DNA of 17,461 nucleotides from Thainema sp. (GTDB lineage Bacteria; Cyanobacteriota; Cyanobacteriia; Phormidesmidales; Phormidesmidaceae): positions 1 to 17,461 of the forward strand of contig JBQLZK010000101.1 in NCBI GenBank assembly GCA_052168235.1, given 5' to 3'. Position numbers and translations under genes: made by a program. Position 1 is the first letter of the stretch. The number at the start of each line of letters is the position of its first letter. A model generated the notes under the pieces. The model made no database searches and was not told where the DNA came from. It saw only the letters and a list, made by a program, of their open reading frames with translations. This document shows positions 8,471 to 16,328 of this stretch, piece by piece.

Positions 8471-8527
8471 ATTCTTCCATTATTTTTCCGTTGCGAAAAC
8501 GTGGATTCTCACCCTAGATGATTGGTT

Positions 8528-8572
8528 CAGACGTTTTTGTGGCGCGGCTTCGCCGCGCCACAAAAACGTCTG
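8528..8572. repeat. Perfect 45-nt palindrome, core of a probable small dispersed/MITE-like element
   Basis: CAGACGTTTTTGTGGCGCGG-CTTCG-CCGCGCCACAAAAACGTCTG has a 20-bp perfect stem (21 counting the inner C-G). A GTCCTAAC direct repeat follows at 8574 and 8585. Confidence 0.85.
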
Positions 8573-8823
8573 TGTCCTAACCGAGTCCTAACAGAGCTGA
8601 TATATGTAACACTTTGCGAGGGCAGACTGGCAGTTCTGAGCAGGGTGCGATACGCTTTCGCCATTGTCTGGTTCCGGGTGATGTTTTACCCGGTTTTTAC
8701 CGAAAAATTCTATAAACTAACCCGACAAAATAGTACGACGAGTTTGACCAAACGAATTGCGATCGCAACGTCAAGCTTTTACGCTACAATCGCTGCCCAA
8801 GACGACGCTAAATTGTCTCGTTC

Positions 8824-8854
8824 GCCTTCATGCTACTGGCCTTCATGCTACTGG
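8824..8854. repeat. 15-bp perfect tandem duplication
   Basis: GCCTTCATGCTACTG at 8824-8838 and 8839-8853. Confidence 0.85.
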
Positions 8855-8868
8855 ATAGTTTGGAATCC

Positions 8869-11028
8869 ATGAACACATCAGTTTGTCAACGTCCCTTCGC
8901 CCAACTTGAAACTAGCCTGCGGCAGGTTTTACAGGCACAAGCCGTTGACTTTGAAGATCTCGAACTGCGCTGTGCAGTCCGTCGCCAAGTGCTGATGATT
9001 TTGGCTCAGCATCCAGCTTATGCCGTGGCCGATCCGGAGCAACTGCTGGATGACCTGGCAGCGGCGGCGACCCATTTGCCGCTCAGCCTGATTCAAACCT
9101 GCATCACAGCGACAGATGCCCTGGATGACGCGGAGGAATCTGATCAGGCTGCGTCATCGTCGCCAAGATCGCCCTTCATGGATGGTGTGCCAACGCTGAG
9201 TGGCGAAATTGAAGATTTTTACCCACCTTACGCACCGTCCGCATCGCAATCCAACTCCCAATCCGATGCGCCAACCCAGTCATCTCAGTCCTCAAAACCC
9301 CAGTCCTCAGAACCGGAATCGGGTGCGATTCCGCTCCAGTTTTTTCTCCGAACAACAGATCAAGCGCGGCCCTATCAAACCCGGCGCTACTGGCTGATTC
9401 CATCTACCGAATCAACATCTGATCTTCAATCAGAAGAACCGGATCTGGAGCGCATTTTTGAGGAAGCCGAGTTTCGCCTCGAACGGGTCGATCCTGTAAC
9501 GGCTAACTCCGCCACGCCCGACCAGACAGCGGGTCATACCGATGACGCTGATCAGGCTGATAATGCTGGCGATCCTGAATCAGCCAATCAGAGTTTTGAG
9601 ATCGCACCATATGCCAATCCTCAGCAAAACGGACTCGCAGAGGCATCCTCAGATGCTCTCAGCCCGGAGATGGTGGCGTCAGAGTCAGCGACCGAGGCCA
9701 GTCCCCCAACTGCCAGTCAGCCAGCCTGGTTGGCAAAGCTTGAAAGCTGGCCGATTGGCATTCTAGCGAGCGGCGTTGTGGGCGTACTGGCCTTTACAGG
9801 TGCGTTCTATGCCCTGACTCGACCCTGCGTGATTGGCGGCTGTTCAACACTGACGGATGCGGAAGCGTTGAGCCAAGCGGCTCTGGGTGAGCTGACCGAA
9901 GATCCAACGGCGCAAACAGTGCAGCTCGTGCATTCCGATATTCAAAAGGCGGATCGGCTGCTGGAGTCGATTCCCTTCTGGTCACGCTATCACAGCCAAG
10001 CCGAGGATTTGCGGGCTTCGTATCAAACTCAAGCTCAAGAACTTGACCAAATCATGTCGGCCCAGCGGTTTGCCACGTTAGCGGCGGAGCAAAGCCAAAA
10101 TCCGCCCCATCCCGTTAGCCAGTGGCAGGATATTCGCAATCTGTGGAGTCGTGCGATCGCAGAATTGGATGCCATTCCGGCCAATAGCGACCTCAGTGTA
10201 TTCATTGCTCGCAAGCGAGGTGAATATCAAACGAACCTCAGCGCCATCGATCAGCGCATTGCCGCCGATCAGCAGGCTGAAAATCACTTCAACCTAGCCG
10301 TTTCTGCTGCCGAAGCAGCCCAACTGAGCGAAAGCACTGCCGATTCACTCTCCGATCGCAAGGCCCTCGTGAACAGTTGGCAGCAGGTAATCAATCACCT
10401 CAACCGGATTCCTCAAGGCACCCTCGTTCACAGCGAAGCCCAGCAGCTTCTGCAAACCTACGAGCAAAAGCTGGCTGATGCTAAAGTTCGCTACACCCAG
10501 GAACAACTGAGTGTTGATGCCTATGAACGAGCCAATCGCTATGCTGACTCGGCTCGCAGCTATGAGCAGCAGAATCAGTGGACAATGGCGGTTACAACCT
10601 GGCGACAGGCGCTCAGCAACATCCGCCAAGTGCCGGAATCTACTGCCAACTATGAAGCAGCGCAGCCTCTGATCGGCAGCTATCGCACAGCACTAGAAAA
10701 GGCTGAAGGACAACTGCGCTCAGCCGTCTCTCGCCAAAAAGTCGCTCAAGATTTACAGAAAGCCTGCGCTGGATCGCCGACCATCTGCACCTACACGATT
10801 TCGCCCGATTTGATTGAGGTTCGCCTGACTGCCGCATACGATCGCACCATTCAAGACAGCATGGTCAACGCTGCTCTAAAAGGGGACGCCGCGAAGCAGG
10901 CTCAAATTCGGCAGCACGTGGACAGCCTATTACGAACATTGACCGTAATTGGGCAGAATGCAGGCATGTCTCTCCAGCTCTACGATGCACGGGGCGCGTC
11001 TTTGGGGCGCTATACGCCCGGTCTGTAG
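8869..11028 (+). CDS. Hypothetical single-pass membrane protein with TPR-like helical repeats
   Basis: N-terminal domain and acidic S/P-rich linker; one TM segment (IGILASGVVGVLAFTGAFYAL); repeats of Wxx[A/V][I/L]xx[L/I]xx[I/V]P followed by A[Q/R]x5Y; Cys pairs (PCVIGGC, CAGSPTIC). ATG at 8869 preferred because the ATG at 8830 lies inside the tandem duplication. Confidence 0.75.
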   Translation: MNTSVCQRPFAQLETSLRQVLQAQAVDFEDLELRCAVRRQVLMILAQHPAYAVADPEQLLDDLAAAATHLPLSLIQTCITATDALDDAEESDQAASSSPRSPFMDGVPTLSGEIEDFYPPYAPSASQSNSQSDAPTQSSQSSKPQSSEPESGAIPLQFFLRTTDQARPYQTRRYWLIPSTESTSDLQSEEPDLERIFEEAEFRLERVDPVTANSATPDQTAGHTDDADQADNAGDPESANQSFEIAPYANPQQNGLAEASSDALSPEMVASESATEASPPTASQPAWLAKLESWPIGILASGVVGVLAFTGAFYALTRPCVIGGCSTLTDAEALSQAALGELTEDPTAQTVQLVHSDIQKADRLLESIPFWSRYHSQAEDLRASYQTQAQELDQIMSAQRFATLAAEQSQNPPHPVSQWQDIRNLWSRAIAELDAIPANSDLSVFIARKRGEYQTNLSAIDQRIAADQQAENHFNLAVSAAEAAQLSESTADSLSDRKALVNSWQQVINHLNRIPQGTLVHSEAQQLLQTYEQKLADAKVRYTQEQLSVDAYERANRYADSARSYEQQNQWTMAVTTWRQALSNIRQVPESTANYEAAQPLIGSYRTALEKAEGQLRSAVSRQKVAQDLQKACAGSPTICTYTISPDLIEVRLTAAYDRTIQDSMVNAALKGDAAKQAQIRQHVDSLLRTLTVIGQNAGMSLQLYDARGASLGRYTPGL

Positions 11029-11066
11029 TAGACAGTCCAAGTGATTTTCTTTGTTCCTGAAAGTGC

Positions 11067-12356
11067 GTGCTTATGGATCGGTTGGGTTTTCAGCAATATT
11101 TGGGGCTAATGCTTGGTCTAGCTAATTTCCGTGCGAAGTGGCGACGTTGGCTACAGGCGATTCTGCTAGGTGGGTTGACCTTTGGGCTAATTATGAGTGG
11201 GATGGGTAATGGATCGGTGGTGCGATCGCAACCTGCTCCTACCATTGCTCTAACAACCTCTCACTTGTTTGCCACCTCTGTTGACGACCTGCGCCAGAAA
11301 CAGCAGCAAATTGACAATGAACACCAGCGAGTCCAGTCTGAGCGGGAACGGCTGAAAAACCTGGAAGAATCCGCAGAAGATCGGCTCGAAGGGCTTCAGC
11401 AAACGATTCAGAGCACGACGGTTCAAATTAAAGACAATGAGTATCGGCTAGAACTGGCTACCCAGCGACTGAAGCATTTGCAGGCTGATTTGTTGGTGGC
11501 CGAGGAAACCTACGATCAAATGCAGCGATCGACCGTGGCGCGGCTGCAGTTTCTCCAGCGCCAGCAAGGGGTGAAAGGCTGGGCCGTTTTGCTGCAAAGC
11601 CAAAATCTGAATGAGTTTTTAGATAAGCGCCGCCAGTTGAAGCTGGTCTACGAAGCCGATCAGCACATGCTGGGCAAGCTGGATGAAACCGCCAAGCAGT
11701 TGGAGCAGCAGCGGCTTGAGGTAGAAGTTCAAAAAAATGAAATCGCTCTCATTGTGCAGCAGCTTGAGCTGGAAAAGCAGCAGTACGAAGCCCAAGCTCA
11801 AACCCAAACGACGCTCGTCGATCGTCTCAGAGTGGATCGACAAGCGCTAGAAGCAGCAGAAGCCAAACTTGCCAAAGACTCGGAGGGGGTTGCTGACCTG
11901 ATTCGTCAGAAACTTGCCGAACAAGAAGCGGCCCGTCTCGCTGCCGATCGCAACCGCATTATCACCAGCGGCTCAGGACAATTCAGCTACCCCGTCAGCG
12001 CCAGCATCACCAGCAGCTTTGGCACCCGTATACATCCTATTTTGGGCTATCGTCGATTCCACGCAGGCGTTGATTTTGGCGCATCCCACGGCAGCACGAT
12101 TCGCGCCGCTGACTCAGGTACGGTCATCTTCTCTGGCTGGTACGGAGGCTATGGCCGTTCAGTGATTATCAGCCACGGTGGCGGACTGACCACACTCTAT
12201 GCTCACGCTAGTGCAACCTACGTAAAAGAAGGTACTAGCGTCCAAAAGGGAGAACCGATCGCCGCCGTTGGCTCTACTGGGCTTTCCACTGGGCCTCATT
12301 TACACTTTGAAGTTCGTAAAAATGGCGAACCAGTCAATCCAATGAGCTATTTGTAA
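11067..12356 (+). CDS. M23 (LytM) family peptidase with long coiled coil (EnvC/CwlO-like architecture)
   Basis: N-terminal hydrophobic segment, long coiled coil, and a C-terminal LytM domain with intact zinc ligands HAGVD and HLH. Start uncertain (GTG 11067, ATG 11073 or ATG 11109). Confidence 0.88.
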   Translation: MLMDRLGFQQYLGLMLGLANFRAKWRRWLQAILLGGLTFGLIMSGMGNGSVVRSQPAPTIALTTSHLFATSVDDLRQKQQQIDNEHQRVQSERERLKNLEESAEDRLEGLQQTIQSTTVQIKDNEYRLELATQRLKHLQADLLVAEETYDQMQRSTVARLQFLQRQQGVKGWAVLLQSQNLNEFLDKRRQLKLVYEADQHMLGKLDETAKQLEQQRLEVEVQKNEIALIVQQLELEKQQYEAQAQTQTTLVDRLRVDRQALEAAEAKLAKDSEGVADLIRQKLAEQEAARLAADRNRIITSGSGQFSYPVSASITSSFGTRIHPILGYRRFHAGVDFGASHGSTIRAADSGTVIFSGWYGGYGRSVIISHGGGLTTLYAHASATYVKEGTSVQKGEPIAAVGSTGLSTGPHLHFEVRKNGEPVNPMSYL

Positions 12357-12365
12357 TCTTTGATT

Positions 12366-12395
12366 TTGATGCAATCTATGAGGAAGTGCTACAAT
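12366..12395 (+). promoter_or_regulatory. Putative tRNA promoter
   Basis: TTGATG (12366-12371), 18-nt spacer, TACAAT (12390-12395), with an extended -10 TG at 12387-12388; 15 nt before the tRNA. Confidence 0.55.
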
Positions 12396-12410
12396 CAAAT
12401 GGCCGCATAA

Positions 12411-12483
12411 GGGCGCGTGGCTCAGTGGATAGAGCATCAGATTCCGGTTCTGAGGGTCGCAGGTTCGAATCCTGCCGCGCTCG
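12411..12483 (+). tRNA. trnR: tRNA-Arg(CCG)
   Basis: Cloverleaf: acceptor GGGCGCG/CGCGCTC; D arm GCTC/GAGC; anticodon arm TCAGA-TTCCGGT-TCTGA; T arm GCAGG-TTCGAAT-CCTGC; discriminator G; CCA not encoded. Confidence 0.97.
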
Positions 12484-12495
12484 TTGAGCAAAATC

Positions 12496-12550
12496 CTAAT
12501 TGATTAAAGCAAAAGCTGCGCTCAGCGCAGCTTTTGCTTTAATCAATTAG
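12496..12550. terminator. Near-perfect 55-nt palindrome after the tRNA (probable terminator hairpin or REP-like element)
   Basis: CTAATTGATTAAAGCAAAAGCTGCGCT-C-AGCGCAGCTTTTGCTTTAATCAATTAG: 27-nt arms around a single central base. Confidence 0.65.
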
Positions 12551-12638
12551 ATTAATGATTGAATTTGTCAGACAAACGACCAACCTACTCCCGTCTGTCT
12601 TATCATGACAGTATGAAGATTACATTTTGTAAAGTATT

Positions 12639-13253
12639 TTGACCTCGGCATTTCAATCCACTCATGATGCCATGCTGCCAACGGCATGGCATGCACTAGA
12701 GCCAATTTGGGAAGGCGGTGAAACAGTCGTTCGGCGAGGACTGCCTCACGATCAGCTAGCTCCAGCTTGGCAAATCCTGCTGCTGGGCGATGGTTCACCC
12801 ACGCGACATCTACAGCTTTTGACGAGTGAACGCACTGAAGTTGATGTAATTGACATGTCTTTAATTGGCATGTCGCCGGATGGTGCGCCTGATTTGATTG
12901 CGCGAGTTCCTGGCCCTCGACTGCGCCGCCAAGTCTGGTTGCGTACGGCATCCGGTCAGCGGCTCGCATATGCAACCTCTTGGTGGGAAGCTAGCCATGT
13001 GGATGAATACTTACAAAATCGGTCACTACCGATTTGGGCCAGCCTATCCCGGTTGCGAACTGAACTCTATCGGGATATTCAAGGCATTCACTACGGGCAC
13101 TCAGCGGCGTTGACAGAAGCTTTTCAGGAAGATGGCCCATTCTGGGGGCGACACTACCTGTTTTGGCATAATGGCCAGCCACTGACTTTGATTTATGAGG
13201 TTTTCTCTCCTTATTTATCCAAATATCTCGGGCCAATGGGTGCGACCTCTTGA
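12639..13253 (+). CDS. Chorismate pyruvate-lyase (DUF98/Ycf21 family, UbiC-like)
   Basis: 204 aa with TTG start. WQILLLGDGSPTRHLQLLT, RRQVWL, LAYATSWW, PIWASL and WGRHYLFWHxGQPLTLIYEVFSP motifs. Confidence 0.85.
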   Translation: MTSAFQSTHDAMLPTAWHALEPIWEGGETVVRRGLPHDQLAPAWQILLLGDGSPTRHLQLLTSERTEVDVIDMSLIGMSPDGAPDLIARVPGPRLRRQVWLRTASGQRLAYATSWWEASHVDEYLQNRSLPIWASLSRLRTELYRDIQGIHYGHSAALTEAFQEDGPFWGRHYLFWHNGQPLTLIYEVFSPYLSKYLGPMGATS

Positions 13254-14002
13254 GGAACGGTAGTGTCGTGCTTGCCAATGTCTTGAAATAAAGGGCATTT
13301 GGGGGCATATTAAGCATAATTGCCTGTTCGAACACTCTGCTTTTGATCATCTTCAAGGGTAGTGAATTGGAGTTGTGTGAGTAATGCTTAGATAACTCAG
13401 AATTGCTACTTTTTAAAATTCATCTATCGCAGTAGCTACATCTATTAGGACGTTGGGAAACTCTGGAAACGTTCAAGCGTTTCAACGTTGGATTCTGTAA
13501 CTGTCTCGACCGAAATGGCGACGGCTACAAATCTTGCATCAATCTCTAGGAGGGTTACTTTGTCACAATGTGGCGGCAAAGTAATCCTTACGGGTGCCAA
13601 TTTTATAAGGCACAAGAGATACAAACCTGCTCTTTCATTCGACTTAACCTCGTTTTGTCCAAACCGAATCGCGAACATTATTACGCCAACTTTTGCTGAA
13701 ATAGATGGTCGCTTTACTGCAAATTTGGGTTGCAATTGAGCCTAGTTGTGATGAGCGATGGACGTTACCAGTTATCCATAAATCAATGGTGCATCTGTAG
13801 CTTTGATACCAGAACTTTTGCACAAAAGCTCTGACACAAGAGTTTCTTGGCCTGACTATCGTACTTGTGCAAACATTTGTGATCCTTGTGACCCTGTAAG
13901 GGTACATTCAGTCGAGGCATTTTGGCGCAGTACATAAGATTTAAGTGGTCAATCCATTTCACTCAACGGCAGGTCGAACAACAGCAACGAGTAAGTAGGC
14001 TT

Positions 14003-16294
14003 ATGACAAGAAAGAGTTTAAATATTTCTCTCTCTCGGCGCGAATTTCTTGTCTTGGAAAGCCATTGCCGTCAGTCGGCTCGCTCGCAATCGGATGTCGT
14101 TCGTGACTGCATTCTGCATTATTTGGGCGAACAGGGGAGTAGTTCAAAATCGCCTTCTAGAGATGAATTGCTGCGACAGGTTTGCCAATTGCAGCATCAG
14201 CTACAAACTCTCCAGCAAGAGCGCGATCAGCTGCTGCAACAGCTAAATCTTGAGCCAAAATCGTCATCGGTTGCAACCGATGATCAGAATGCTCAACCCG
14301 TGGAGATGCGATCGCACTCCTCGCAACTCCAACCCCGTACACCACAAACTAACGCACAGCAGCAGGATCGCCTCCTGGATGCTTTACCCACTCCCGTTTT
14401 AATCTCGCGCATTGAAACGGGAGATATCCTCTATGCCAATTCTGCCTTGGGGAAAACCATTGGGCTGACCTGTGCCGACTTACTCAACCGCAAGTCACTG
14501 GATTTTTACAGTAATCCTGCCGATCGGATGCAAATTTTGGAACTGCTGAGTCAGCAAGGCTATGTTCAGGGTTATGAGCTACAGGTACAAAAAGCCAATG
14601 ATGAACTGGCCTGGCTGGACTTATACATTCAGCCGCTGGAGCTCAATGGTGAGCCAGTTTTGCTAAGTGTGGTTTTAGATATCACTGAAAAAAAGCAGGT
14701 AGAGCAATCGCTTTATCAGCAAGAGGAGCATAACCGAGCGGTGCTAGAGGCTATTCCTGACCTGCTGGTTCGAGTGCGGCGGGATGGCACTTGTCTGAAT
14801 GTTATTCATCCCCAGTCCAATCAAGCGGGCCGTTTCCTACCGCTAGAGTCTCATTTAAGTGAAGTCCTGCCGCCCAGTTTGCTCCAGCAGCAGATGGACT
14901 ACATTCACTATGCGTTGACGAGTCGTCAAATGCAGATCTATGAGCATCAGCTAGACAAGTATGGCCAGCGGGTGTTTGAGGAGGTGCGCGTTGTCCCAGT
15001 CACCGAAGACGAAGCGCTGCTGATGGTGCGGGACATCACCGAGCAAAAACAGGCCGAAGAAGAACGCGATCGCTTTTTTGATCTGTCAATCGATATGTTT
15101 TGTATCGCGGGTTTTGATGGCTATTTTCAGCGACTGAATCCAGCCTGGGAAAAAACGTTGGGCTACCCTCGCGCGGAGCTCTTGGCGAATCCCTATCTCT
15201 CGTTTGTGCATCCAGACGACATTGCTAAAACCATCGGAGAAGCCCAGCAGATCGCAGAGGGAGCCAACACGCTTGAGTTTGAAAACCGCTATCGCTGCAA
15301 GGACGGCAGCTACCGCTGGCTGCTCTGGAACTCAATTCCGCTCATCGATCAGGGAGTTATCTACTGCGTGGTGCATGACATTACAGAGCGTAAGTTAGTT
15401 GAAGAAAATCTGCGCCATAGTGAAGCCACCAAGCAAGCTATGATTGCCGCCGTGCCGGATCTGATGATACGGGTGCATCAAGACGGTACGTATCTAGATA
15501 TTTATGGCCAACGTAATTTTCCCATTCATGCCCCTGAGAACCTACAGGTTGGTGGACACATCTACGACGCATTACCGCTAGATCTGGCCCAGCGCTGTCT
15601 AAAACTCATCCAAAGAGCTATTCAAACCCAAGTCATCCAGCAGTACGATCAAACTATCGCGGTGAATGGTGAACTGCGCTATGAAGAAGTGCGGATCGTA
15701 GCGCTAAATGAAGATGAAGCTCTGGTAACCGTGCGAGATATGACCTCGCGTCGTCAGGCAGAAATTGCCCTCAAGCAGGCCGAGCGCAGCTATCGCAGCA
15801 TTTTCGAAAACGCATTTAGCGGTATTTTTCAATCGACTGCTGATGGCCGCTACCTACGAGTCAACCGGGCAATGGCGAGTTTGCATGGCTATGAATCGCC
15901 CCAGCAAATGCTGGCGGAGGTTCAATCCATTGCCCAGCAAATCTACGTCGATCCAGCCATTCGGCAGCAGTTTACCCAGCAACTTGAAGCACAAGGTGAA
16001 GTTTTGGGGTTTCAGTACCAAGCCTATCGACGGGATGGTATTAAGATTTGGTTGGAAGAAAACGCCAGAGCTGTGTGCGATATCAACGGGAATTTGCTGT
16101 ATTACGAAGGTAGTGTGGTCGATATTACCCAGCGGAAGCAAGACGAGGAAGCCTTAAAACAACAATTGCAGAAGTTGCAGGTTGAAGTGGATTTGCAAAA
16201 GCGAGATCGCGATGTGGCCGATATCGTCAACACTGACTTTTTTCAAGCCCTACAGTCTGAAATTGAAGAGCTGCGCAGAGACGACGCCCCTTAG
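14003..16294 (+). CDS. Ribbon-helix-helix + coiled coil + five PAS/PAC domain sensor, no catalytic output domain
   Basis: N-terminal CopG-like KSLNISLSRREFLVLESHCRQSARSQSDVVRDCI. Five PAS units end in DITEKK, DITEQK, DITERK, DMTSRR and DITQRK, followed by a short helical C-tail. ATG at 14003 preferred over TTG at 13922. Confidence 0.85.
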   Translation: MTRKSLNISLSRREFLVLESHCRQSARSQSDVVRDCILHYLGEQGSSSKSPSRDELLRQVCQLQHQLQTLQQERDQLLQQLNLEPKSSSVATDDQNAQPVEMRSHSSQLQPRTPQTNAQQQDRLLDALPTPVLISRIETGDILYANSALGKTIGLTCADLLNRKSLDFYSNPADRMQILELLSQQGYVQGYELQVQKANDELAWLDLYIQPLELNGEPVLLSVVLDITEKKQVEQSLYQQEEHNRAVLEAIPDLLVRVRRDGTCLNVIHPQSNQAGRFLPLESHLSEVLPPSLLQQQMDYIHYALTSRQMQIYEHQLDKYGQRVFEEVRVVPVTEDEALLMVRDITEQKQAEEERDRFFDLSIDMFCIAGFDGYFQRLNPAWEKTLGYPRAELLANPYLSFVHPDDIAKTIGEAQQIAEGANTLEFENRYRCKDGSYRWLLWNSIPLIDQGVIYCVVHDITERKLVEENLRHSEATKQAMIAAVPDLMIRVHQDGTYLDIYGQRNFPIHAPENLQVGGHIYDALPLDLAQRCLKLIQRAIQTQVIQQYDQTIAVNGELRYEEVRIVALNEDEALVTVRDMTSRRQAEIALKQAERSYRSIFENAFSGIFQSTADGRYLRVNRAMASLHGYESPQQMLAEVQSIAQQIYVDPAIRQQFTQQLEAQGEVLGFQYQAYRRDGIKIWLEENARAVCDINGNLLYYEGSVVDITQRKQDEEALKQQLQKLQVEVDLQKRDRDVADIVNTDFFQALQSEIEELRRDDAP

Positions 16295-16328
16295 TTTGAC
16301 CGTATGCGATGTTGAGTTCGAGTAAGTA

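Noticed and set aside
12611..12623. GTA-N7-TAC upstream of the chorismate lyase (also at 13797-13809), resembling an NtcA box
   Set aside because: NtcA requires GTA-N8-TAC; both have 7-nt spacing.
13788..13798. GGTGCATCTGT upstream of the RHH-PAS gene is complementary to the NsiR1-like 5' segment (9 Watson-Crick + 2 G-U); similar 8-9 nt matches at 8641 and 15471
   Set aside because: Matches this short are expected by chance in 17 kb, and none overlaps a ribosome-binding site. It needs IntaRNA/CopraRNA conservation support before being called a target.
13922..14002. N-terminal extension of the PAS protein from the TTG at 13922
   Set aside because: The RHH-like domain begins right at the ATG at 14003, and the extension has no recognisable features.
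14370..16140. LOV photoreceptor among the PAS domains
   Set aside because: None of the five PAS units has a GxNCRFLQ motif; ligands cannot be assigned from sequence.
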